Part shown: positions 53,735 through 64,000 of the stretch, piece by piece | How positions within the stretch are numbered: the stretch's first letter is position 1 | Layout of the letters: each line of letters opens with the position of its first letter | DNA from: Minutocellus sp. GHC0000111 | Lineage: Eukaryota | DNA: 64,000 bases | Direction of reading: 5' to 3' | Assembly: GCA_977018835.1 (NCBI GenBank) | Contig: OZ361256.1 | Location: 4,526,001 to 4,590,000, forward strand | Notes under the pieces: model-generated | Told to the model about the DNA's origin: nothing | The model's database searches: none | The model's input: the letters and a program-made list of their open reading frames with translations, nothing else | Translations under genes and position numbers: made by a program

Positions 53735-55057
53735 CTAGGTTTCGTTTTCTCTTCTCCTGAGAGTATAACACCTCAGCATTCCGACCATCTCGAATATTTC
53801 TAGTTCTTTCTCTTTGTTTATGACAAAACCGAGCTTTCCCAATAGAAATTCCTCTGGGGTCCCAATCATTTCGGATCGCAGGTTTGGGTCGGCACCAGCC
53901 TCCAATAAGATCTTCAGCTTCGACATTTTGGCTCGGTGGACACTTTTATCCAACGAGGACAAAGTGTAATGGATAGCCGTCCAGCCATCATCATCTTGAA
54001 TGTTCAATTCTAAGCTTGTGCGAATACGAGAGTCAACGAGAAGCCGAAGGGCTTCGGAACCAAAAACGTCGCTCGATTGTGCACAGGAGTGGATTGGTCG
54101 TTGGCCTTCGCTATGAGGGTCTTCAGTATTCACATCGATCCCTTCTACCGCCAAGAGATACTCAAAGCATTTACATGTGTCAGAAATGTTGTTTGGTTTT
54201 AGGGTGAACCAAATCAAATTCTCTTTTTCGTCAAAGTAAGTGTCGTCCGAAATGTAGCCTTCGTTGACTCCAACGGCACCGGTCTCGACAAGATGCTTGA
54301 GCGGAGCAAGCAAATCATATCGGGTGGCCATCAAGGGATCCGAAAACAAGCGTATAGAGACAGGCAGATACTTGAGTACAATCTTGCCGTCTCGAACCAC
54401 ATTTAAGCTTTGGAAGATCTTGTGGAATTCGCCCTTTTTCATTCCTCTAACATCGACGCCTCCGACCGATAGCAGGGCGTCACCGATTCCAAATTCCAGG
54501 GCGTCACCGATTCCAAATTCCAGCCCCGAAGGAAGCTCAGGGACATCACAACATGCGCAGCTTCGTTCCAACACCCAAATAGAGCTGCTTCGCTTGAAGG
54601 CTACTAATAGGCCTTTGACAACATCTTGATCCAGGGCAATGCTATAGACATTCTTCTCCGATTTAGCCCCGACACATCGGTTCCACCAATCGGGGTTGTA
54701 CTCCAGCCAACTCTCCATCCCCGCCTGTCTTGTGTGCTCTTTATTCATATATGCAATGCGACACAAATGGCTCAAATACCACTCATTACCACTTAGATAC
54801 ATCTTGCGAACGACGCGCGAGGTGACTTTCCCAACCACGAGGCAGAGGTTGGTAAGGTCGGGACGGGACGGAGTGCCGAGGTCGAGAAAACGGGCCACGG
54901 TACCGACCAGCTCGGGAGTCATTACCGTCGACCACGAGGCATCCTGCTGGTCCTCTGGTACTTCAGCTGACTTCTTGGGACGCTTTGCCGACGCCGGTGC
55001 TGGCGCGTTGTTGCCGGCATCGGCATCGGCAGGTCGTTTGCTGCCGATACCGTTCAT
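53735..55057 (-). CDS. Ankyrin-repeat protein (copy 2)
   Basis: Protein identical to 45052-46374. Confidence 0.8.
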   Translation of the reverse strand: MNGIGSKRPADADAGNNAPAPASAKRPKKSAEVPEDQQDASWSTVMTPELVGTVARFLDLGTPSRPDLTNLCLVVGKVTSRVVRKMYLSGNEWYLSHLCRIAYMNKEHTRQAGMESWLEYNPDWWNRCVGAKSEKNVYSIALDQDVVKGLLVAFKRSSSIWVLERSCACCDVPELPSGLEFGIGDALEFGIGDALLSVGGVDVRGMKKGEFHKIFQSLNVVRDGKIVLKYLPVSIRLFSDPLMATRYDLLAPLKHLVETGAVGVNEGYISDDTYFDEKENLIWFTLKPNNISDTCKCFEYLLAVEGIDVNTEDPHSEGQRPIHSCAQSSDVFGSEALRLLVDSRIRTSLELNIQDDDGWTAIHYTLSSLDKSVHRAKMSKLKILLEAGADPNLRSEMIGTPEEFLLGKLGFVINKEKELEIFEMVGMLRCYTLRRRENET

Positions 55058-55247
55058 CGCATCAAATGCGCTTGCTTCTTTGCGTGCTGAGAGCCGGAAA
55101 AGTAGGGGACCCCCAACGCCAGCAGCACAAAGCGGGCACTCCTCAGGTGCTTTGTTGCTTTTCCCCCTCTCCGTGCTCAGAGCTCGGCTCTTTTCAAGAG
55201 CCTCAAGCAAGTTGAGTTACGTACCAGTACTCGTCCAGACAAAACCA

Positions 55248-58200
55248 ATGGGCGGCGACGATCCCGTCGTCCCGCCACCCCTCGGGGAGGTTGTTGATAC
55301 CCTCAAGGAGCTGGCGTATCATGCCGCCGGCGCCGGTGCCCCGGAGTCCCACCGCGCCCGCCTCTACGCCGCCGCCCTCGCCTTCCTTCAAATCTTGCAT
55401 GGTGACGGACAGACGCTAAGGTGCGTCGATTTTACGTGGAAAATTCGAGCGGAGATCGAGAGAGGGGGATGAGTTGCCTCGAATGGATTGTTTGCGTGGA
55501 TCATTCCTTAGCGACCCTTGTAGAGTGTTCTAACCATTTTTTGTTTGTTCTACACTCCTGTGCCACTCATTTGACGCTCCAGAACCAAAAGCGACGGCAA
55601 ATGCCCGCCGTTGACGGAAATACCAGCCATCGCGACGGTGTTGCTGGACGGTGAACTCTATCGGATCCTGCTTAGCATGCTGGGATCCAAACCAATCGTC
55701 ATGGATCCTTCCAAATCAACCAAGTCTATGCCGGTATCTCGAGGTGGGAGTATGAAGCGTCAGCTGTCGGGAAATAGATCGATGGCTAGTACCGCGGAAC
55801 CTCAAACTCCGGGAGCTGCCGTGACGGGCAATTCCAATGCGTCGAGGTATCAGCAGACTCCACTGACTGCATCCCGAAATGTCAGTGCGAGTGACACCGG
55901 AGGACGGAAACGAGCGGCATCGGCGGCATCGGCGTCATCTCTGAGCGAGGTATATACTCCCAAAATCAAGCAGGCCAAGATGACCCTGTCCCCGGCCTCT
56001 GCTCGGAAGCTGCTCGCTACTCCCGGTGGTGCTGCCGGGATGGATTCGATGCATGCGCAGAGAAAGCTAGCGGTTGGTGATTCCTTCGATGTGGCAGTAT
56101 TTGCCGCCACCGTATTGTATGCCATGGTTGCGCATTTGGATCATTGGCCAGCGGAACTGGTCAAGGCGTATGCCGACGATTGCTTCGGCCCTAGGCTTTG
56201 GGTGGACAATGACGATTGCAAGCTCCTTGTTGAGAATCTGGCTTTGGTCCATTCGTCGGAAGTTGCCAACAATTCAAATGGGGTTGATGAAATGGCCACA
56301 AAGTCTGAGGAAGCACAAAGCTATGCAGACTATTACGTATATTTGGTCAAAATGGTACCCAAAGACGAGAAGGTCGGCGATAATGATGACGACAACAAGT
56401 CCTCGTCGTCGTCTGGATCAGACTCCGGTGAGGAAGAGTGCCTTGTCGAGGTAACTACAGGTACTGTTGGTGGCACCGCCGCTGTCGCTCCTTCCAAGCA
56501 AGATACGGCAGCAGCAGCGGAAGCGGATGATGCATCGTCGTCATCGGGTGATAGTGACAGCGGCGACGAGGAGTTTCTGGTGGACGAATCGGGAACGGCC
56601 GGGGATGGCCCACCCGCAAATCCTACAGCCATGGCCCTTGCTGCTCTGTCGCATTATCAAGGATCGTCATCAGAATCTCAGCCTGGTAGCGCAAAATTGG
56701 GAAACAATTCTACCGCACCACCAAATACCGCACCCGATGCCGATGACGTTTCCATGGCGGATCCATCAACGCCCATCGTCTCTTCCGTACCTACTGAACC
56801 CGGGGATGCCATTGACTCGTCCTCGGACGTATTGACTCCCGTTGATTTCCCATCGCAGGAGGGCAAAGCGTTGGATCTCGCCCCGGTTCGACGTAGATAC
56901 ATCGGCCCCGCCGCATCTCTTGCGCACGTTGCGATTGGCAATGCACTCGAGGAACGGCTTGATGCCAAGGTGAAGCAAAATAGTCGCCTTCTCTCCGCAT
57001 TGCCATCCTTCATTGCTGTGCCCCAGGTTCGGCGGCTATCTGCCGGATACTTGGAGCGGTGGCTTCAGTCGCCGGCGATATATGGACTTGCCCGACCCCT
57101 TTTTGTGGCCCTTGTACAAGCCATGCAACCGGTCGAGCCGCCTTTGAAGGAAGACATAGACGCCATCGAGTGTATTTTGTCCATGAAGCTAAAGACCAAC
57201 CAGCTGAACACCCACATTGAGAATGTCAAGAAGATATCGATCACCCTTCCGACACTTTCTGTGTCCCAGCACATCTTCTCCCATTTGTTGCGACAGGCCT
57301 ATTTGGAAATTGAGAATCCGTTGCCATCGCAGGGGGCTTCCACCAGCATGACCTTTCTTTTGTCGGTAACCGAGACTTTACCCTCTGATCTTGCCTCTAA
57401 AGCTCTGGCAGCATCGTTTTCAGAGATTATCAATTCCCATTGCTCTGGTGAAGATATGGATGTAAGTGGAAGGGATGGCCGCGAGATTCATCGTCTAGAA
57501 AAGCTCGTGCGGAAGGTCGCTGCGGCTCTTGGGGGGTCATTCGATGGAAGCTCCTTGGTTCAAGCGCTCGTGGAACCAACCAGTACCAGCCAAGAGGGGC
57601 CAGAGCTCTCTTCGCCACAACAAGCGTATGCACTCGCCCGTATGATATTTGAGATCATGACGCTCATGGCACCAACATTGTCTCAGAGTGACAAAAAGAA
57701 GAATCCGGCGAATCGTCAGGCATCGTCGGCTTTGCGACAAGCTCCTTCGATGGAAGATGATGCCCTTGTCCAACAAGAAGCTGAGATCTTCAAGAGTACT
57801 ACGGCCTCGGCCAGAAAGGCAATTCTTCGATGGTGCCTTTCCGCATACGCCAGAGTGGTTGGCGCTGACGAAGTGGATTCGTCGACTGCAAAGGTTAGCA
57901 AAGCGAGCACCAAGAAACGGCGAGGAAGAAGAAAGGCGAAAGACGACTGGGGAGAACCCGTTATGGGAGCTGGGGCCCCAGACTTTGAGAGCGTGCTCGA
58001 CGGCGAGTCACCGCAGGAACATTACAAGGGACTAAACGCTCCTTCCAAAGGTTTGATCAAAACAATCCGATGCCTGCTATTCCTTGCTTCGCCTGAGTCT
58101 TCCGAGGTCTCCACCTTCTTGGGCTCATCGGGTGATTTGGTCTCGTCAATGAGTGATGAGCAGAGGGAAAAGATTCAGCTCTGTCATGACTCTGGAATGG

Positions 58201-60527
58201 ATGTGGACGAGGAGGTATTGCGAATTGTCTTGGATGCTGCCAAGGGCCCATCGCCTTCAATATCGCAGCTAACTGCCCTGGCTCTTATTGAGCACCTTTT
58301 CTTCAGCTGCAGAGTCGGGAGGAATTCGTCCATAGTGGTGAAGAATCCAAGAGTCGTTTGGGACATTTATGATTTGACTATCTACAAGCCCGTCGAGACT
58401 CCAAATGTTGAGGCCGATGGCAATGATGCATCTTCTTCGGAACGTGAATTTTCTTCAGATGAAGATGGTGGAGAAGGGCGGAAACAAAATCGCGAGAAGG
58501 AAACACAACCTTCAACGCCCATTCCTAAGCTGGCATATCCCGGCCTTTGGTGGAGAGCTACCTCTCTTGCACTGGCCATATGTGGAACGGATAGTACAGG
58601 GGTCGGTGCCACGCTGTGGGAAGAATCGTCCACCTTGAGAGCCATCATCAAAATGTCCACCTCAGGCAGATATCGCTTCCCAACGGTGGACTGTGATGAC
58701 GATCTTCGAGACGAAATGAAGCGAGGCGAGGCTGACATGCGCGACCAAGAATTGAAGGTAACGGAACAGCTATTCCTTCCCAAGTCTCAAGATTCCGGTA
58801 AAAAGAAGAAGCAAGACGCCGAAAGCTATGCGCCGAAAGGATCCCGAGTGTCAGCGAGGAAACGGGCTAAACGCGATCGGCAATTGGCCATACAGCGAGA
58901 AAAGGAGGCAGCCCTTGCACTTGCGGAAGCACAGCGACGAAAGAAATTGCTCAAGGCTGCAATAAAGTCGATCATGATTTGGGATCCTCGTGGTCCAGCT
59001 CGCAAACCACCGAAGGATTCCGTTGGATTGATACTGTCCGTTGGTGAAATGTTTGGTATTTCCGAAGGTTTCCGTCTTTGCCAGTCTCCAGATTACTTGC
59101 TAAGAGCCATTGGGTCCACCTCTCGTGCGTCCATCGAGAGGGCTTACGATTGGTTGATCCCCATCATTTCTTCCTATCCACAAACCATCAATCGACTCCC
59201 TTCCAGTGCGTCATGTTTCCTCTTGCTTCGCGCTTATGGCGCTGAGGGCGGCGAAAATTATCAACTCCTCAGCTTAACTTCTCCTCTTCGAAGCCATGTT
59301 GGATCCTGCATCTCAGGCGAGTTTGGTGAGAGTGCCGCAATCAAGGCTGCGGACCTTCTCTTCCATGATATGGCAGATGAGCGACCCGACAGGCGCCTTT
59401 GTGCGCGACGAGTCCTTCAAGAGGCAACCCATAGGATCAAACCAAAGGAGGATCATTTCTTTGATTTGGGACTCCCTGATGAAAACGATTTATCGTGGCT
59501 TCTGAGTCTAACGACGGTGAAGTTCGCCCGCGGTACCATTGACGTTGCCATACAGCACATGTCTCACGCCGTGGCTTACGAACGCGGTGCAGCGCTTCGA
59601 TCTCTTCTCATGGCCTTGGATACCTTCATCACATTTGCCCACAAAGAAGGGTTTGGCGAAAAATATGTCTTTGGCGATTTGCTGTGCGAGCTCCTTGCTC
59701 TTCGCCCACATGTTTGCTGCGATGTCGTCGATCGCTTCGTTGACTTGCGGGATTTGACTCTTTCGGTAGTGGCCCGAGCATTCCGAAATTATGTGGACAA
59801 AGATATGAGTACTTCCAATTGCAATGGACACGTTCTTCGTCATAATGCACCAGTAGGAGAAAAGGTAGCCATTATCGGCGCCGGCGGAATCGGATTCGAT
59901 GTGGCTGAATATCTTATCCATCACGACGGCAATGCCGATCATGATCTTACCGCCGACGAAACCAACAGCCAAGATTTTCTCAAAGAGTGGGGTGTGGACC
60001 CACAGAACTCATCGCGCGGTGGCCTAGCCAAACCAGATGAAAGCATCCACCGGCCCAAGAGACAAATCGTCTTGATGCAGCGCAAGAAGGGCAAGCTTGG
60101 TGCCGGCCTCGGCAAGACCACTGGCTGGATCCACCGAGCGACATTGGCAAAGTCAGGATCGGTGGAAATGATTGGATCTGTGTCATACGATAAGGTCGAT
60201 GAAGATGGGAATTTGCACATAACCATTGGCAAAGGAGACAAGGCCGAGACCAGAGTCCTCGACGTGGACAACATTGTGGTCTGCGCCGGTCAGATCTCCA
60301 AAAAGGAACTTGAAAAGGAAGCTGAAGGAACGCCGCTTGCCGAGAAGGTATACCTCATCGGAGGGGCCTACGAGGCCGGCGAACTCGACGCCAAAAGAGC
60401 AATCGATATGGGAACGAGACTAGCATTGAAAATTCACGAAAAGGAGGTAGTACCTGGTAAACACAAATTCCAATCTGGCCAAGGCCCCGAAGAAAAATTA
60501 TTTCAGACATTGAAGCGTTTTACGTGA
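55248..60527 (+). CDS. INTS1: Integrator subunit 1-like protein fused in frame at about 59830 to the C-terminal ~230 aa of 2,4-dienoyl-CoA reductase (FadH); intron 55421-55582
   Basis: INTS1-like WPAELVKAYADDCFGPRLWVD, YLERWLQSP and SPDYLL. FadH-like VLRHNAPVGEKVAIIGAGGIGFDVA, GLGKTTGWIHR, VVCAGQ and ELDAKRAI. Confidence 0.85.
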
Positions 60528-60583
60528 GTAAAAGCAAAATGGTGGGTCTAAAGCTAGCTAAATTAGAATAATGGTACATGTAT

Positions 60584-63500
60584 CTAACCATAGAGAATAT
60601 CAAATGCATTTGACCGGGGTTCTGTCAAAGGCGGAGGAGTTGGTGGCGATGGGACATCTTGTCTCGTAGGTGATGCCTGTTCAGGTGGCTTTGCCTTCTT
60701 CCTCTTCCTCTTGGCCGCCTTCTCCCTTTTCTTTTTATCTTCCACGATCCTCTCTATACCATATGCGTCGCGCAGAAGATTCAAGAGCTCCAGCACCGAA
60801 ATTGCTGGTTGACGGGCAAGCTTGATGACCTTGGCGTAGTTGGAAATGAAGTGCCTTTCGGGAGAATTTCGCTTTTTGAGTGTTGCCTGTTCGACAACAG
60901 AAGGGTTAACCCTGATGCTGCCAGTATAGTCGAAGATGTCCTCCATTCCTACATGAGCATAATTCATCCATGTAGGCATCCCGCTCGTTATGACGTCCCC
61001 ATCACAAACGATCCGTTGAGTATCCTTGACCAATCGGTCGTACGCTCGAGCAAAAAGACGATCTCCTGGTCTTGGAGCACCGTACGAATACATGGAGAGA
61101 GTCAACTTATCAGCTTCTGAAGGCCTTCCCAGCTTTCGTAGATCATTTTCTACTGTTGGAAGAATCCATCGGGCAGCGTCATAAGCACAAACGGTGGCAA
61201 GGCAACCACCGAGGGAGTGGCCAGTGATGTAAAGGGGGCCAGGCCTTGATGTTAATTCTTGACGGACTCGCTGGTGAATTACTTTTCTCACTCTGCAGTA
61301 GGAACTGTAAAAGCCAAAGTGTAGACGACCGACGCCCAGCCCGGGGACTTCCTCATTGCTTTTAGTAGAAGATTGCAGATAGTCCGGGAGTTCTTCACCG
61401 TCAACGTGAAGGAGATCATATATAACCACCTTCTCTTTGCCACCTGCCAGCAAATTCTTTTCTACCGCATCCGGGACAATAGAGTGCATAAGACGACGAG
61501 CCTGTTCGCGCTTCGACGGAATCGCGAGGAATGTATCCAGGGACACACGAACCTTATGAGTCATCAGATCTGTTTTGACATGCTTCATCGACGCTGTGCC
61601 TCTAAACGAGAGGATGAGAGCGCCGGAAGGCTCGTGTCGAAGAAGCAGAGCCCGTGTGTCGTGTATGTTGAGCCCCTTTGGTTCCGAAATTTATGCCACG
61701 GCGCGGCATCCAGCTCCAAATGCCGAACCCTTGGGGACGGGGCGGCCTTCAATGCCATGACGAAAGCCAGCAATTCGAGCCTTACTTGCCAACTTGGGAT
61801 TTAGATCAATAGGGATGAATGAGTCAGCGAGGGGATTGTATTTGGGCGAACGAGGGGTAGTACGCTTATTCGGCGTTCCAGCTTCCAGGTCAATCTTGTC
61901 TCTGTCTGACTCCTTATCAAATTCATCTTCGAAAGGCAAATATACTTCACGTGAGCATATGACGAGTAACCTAGCCCTCTCGAGGATCATTGAATCGGTC
62001 GGGACTCTGAAACCAAGACGACGTTTTGTCTTGGCCTCGGTAGCCTCTTTCTCGGTCACATAGTGAGTTTTTGTAGCCTTTACAGGACCGAGAGCGGAGG
62101 GTGGCGAGAAAAGGAATTGAAATATAGCGATGGAAGATGGCACCAAACACCACTGTGACGGGGGATCTATCCTTTGTGAAGAATTGAAGCTCACCCAATC
62201 CAGTAATTACCCTATCAAACAACGGGGCGTCCGTTTCAAAGCCATCATATTGTAGTGTCTTGATAATACCCGTCAAGACACTCAGAGTAAACATTATTAA
62301 TTCAGCAAAGATCCAGATCGCAGTAGCAGAGATGAAGAATCGGAATGCAATCTGGACGGGTCGCGTCATGTTGTAGGGCAGAGTTGAAAGTACCCTTTGC
62401 GTCACTAGGCAACGAACAATGTAGTAAATGAAACCCAACCCGATGCAAACACTGGCGACAAGCGTGGCGCCTGTGACAACAACCTTGTCATACGTAGGCC
62501 AGGTAATTGGTGCCGTTACGAAACCCAAGCCACCGATTTCCGTATCAGAACCAGGTTGGTCGCGTGCAGTCAGCTGGGGGTAACGCCAGAGCAGTGCCAC
62601 TGTCATTGAAAGAAAGTACACAAAACAATAGCACATCTTTGGCCAGTAGAATGATGCAAACGGGGCAACAAAATGCCTTGGACTATCTGCAAATACCGCA
62701 AGAGAAAAAATAATATGCGTGTTGCCAAACTGAGCGCATGAAGTTGATGCAAACCAGTGAATCTCGTCGAAAATGTACGAATCTCGATACGATGCTGCTA
62801 CCTCCAGAGCAACGGAATACACATTATTGTAGAATGAAAGGCCAAGGCCCAACATGAGGAGCCATCGTTGTTCCACGGGCCACGTCCAGGGCCATCCATT
62901 GAAAATGAGCAGAGTAACAATCCACCACAGAAAGAAGGTGGTGTAAAACACAAGAAAAATTCCATTGATGATTGCCATGACCCGATTGTCAGACCTAGCG
63001 CTTTCGACAGAAGTATTGATGATACAGCGATCATCACCTGTAAGGCATAAACTTATGGCTCCGTTTGGATCACTGTGCAAAACAAATCTCCATGCCCAAG
63101 CTTGGATAGCATCCGAGGCAACCAGGGAGTTGGGCATATCAAAGGTAATCGAATAAATAAGACCTGTTGCATCTAAGCTTTGCCTTGGATAGATGATATA
63201 TGACGGTCCGAATGCTGGCTGGAGTAATTGTTGGCGATAATTGCCCACGTTGCTACAATTCGCCCCTCTGGTACAGGCGTACAAGTGAGCGTTGACCGGC
63301 ATAGGATAATTATCAGTGTCATCCGGCCATGATTGACCATCTGTTCGCTGAAATTGCCAAGTTAGAGTAGCCTGCGTTATACCCTGCGTCACTTGGTTAC
63401 TGTCCGGAGAATGCCCATACCAAATTGCCGCACTGATATCCTCCCAATTCGCATGAAGTTCGGGGTTGGCGTCATAGTCGAGAGCCGAAGCATCGATGAT

Positions 63501-63968
63501 GAAAGAAGATGGCGGTGTGATGCTTTGTGCAAAGAAGGGAGGCGTTCCTGGCAAAGCACCATTCCCTCGCCAATCAGATACCTCAATACCTTCAGAGACC
63601 ACAGCGGTGTTTGCAAGAAGAACCGCCTCGCCGACGGTAACAGCAGTGTTGGGTACACAGGTGCCATTTGTGGGCTGTGAAACATCAACCTCGGGATTAG
63701 GTACCGGTTTCACTCCAGTGACATTCACTTGAGGTCGGGGGAAGCAGATGTATGCAGTCTCATTATAGCCTCCCGCGGTGCTCCTGTTTGTTACGCCCGG
63801 TACAATAGCCACCTGGTCCGTCCGTTCGCTTTCGTTGTAAACATAAACAAGACTGTAAACGATGAGCACACAGAATGTGATGTAATATGCGGTCATGATC
63901 GAAAGGACTGTGCGGTTGGATAGCCTTTCCAGCAAATAAACATTGGTGTCTATTATGTGATTTCCCAT
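60584..63968 (-). pseudogene. TMEM181/Wntless-like multi-pass domain + class 3 lipase, with a frameshift at about 62132 and an in-frame TAA at 61693-61691; 5' end may lie beyond the window
   Basis: Lipase motifs ILSFRGT, HFGF, ITGHSLGG, YGAPRPGD, GDVIT and H. TM region includes WPVEQRWLLMLGLGLSFYNN. ORFs 61691..62194 and 60584..61588 share a frame. Confidence 0.8.
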
Positions 63969-64000
63969 CGATAATAACTTCTTCGCCGATCTAGACAGCG

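Larger units (their letters stand above)
38524..55889 (+). repeat. Direct tandem segmental duplication, 2 x 8683 bp (38524-47206 and 47207-55889)
   Basis: All ORFs recur at an offset of exactly 8683; junction read at 47206/47207. Confidence 0.97.

Noticed and set aside
61670..61790. Intron that would remove the lipase TAA (GTAAGG donor near 61786)
   Set aside because: The nearest AG after the stop gives the wrong phase and has no pyrimidine tract.
1..64000. tRNA, rRNA, LTR retroelements, telomeric repeats
   Set aside because: None recognised by eye; tRNAscan-SE and Infernal would be needed to exclude small RNAs.

Overview
Gene-dense eukaryotic nuclear DNA with short GT-AG introns, almost certainly from a diatom (bipartite signal + F-motif plastid presequences, diatom-type gene families; species not identifiable). 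It holds about 25 genes: pyruvate carboxylase (running off the left edge), a signal-peptide JmjC protein, an S9 peptidase, a VTC polyphosphate polymerase, a CotH kinase, two RING-HC paralogues, a plastid HDAC-like protein, a MATE transporter, a membrane-anchored SET protein, INTS1 and a TMEM181-like/class 3 lipase. There is one complete 3.45-kb DD39D Tc1/mariner element with TIRs and a TA duplication. Its transposase appears to carry directional TpA->TpG/CpA substitutions (Tyr->Cys/His), the reverse of fungal RIP. An AT-rich palindromic ~32-bp array contains a double-hairpin cassette inside its 6-bp spacer. A near-perfect 8,683-bp tandem duplication covers 38524-55889, and INTS1 is fused in frame to the C-terminus of FadH. 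Many genes carry frameshifts, a nonsense codon or truncations, which suggests a decaying haplotype, although some lesions may be assembly errors. All family assignments come from motif recognition, not database searches.
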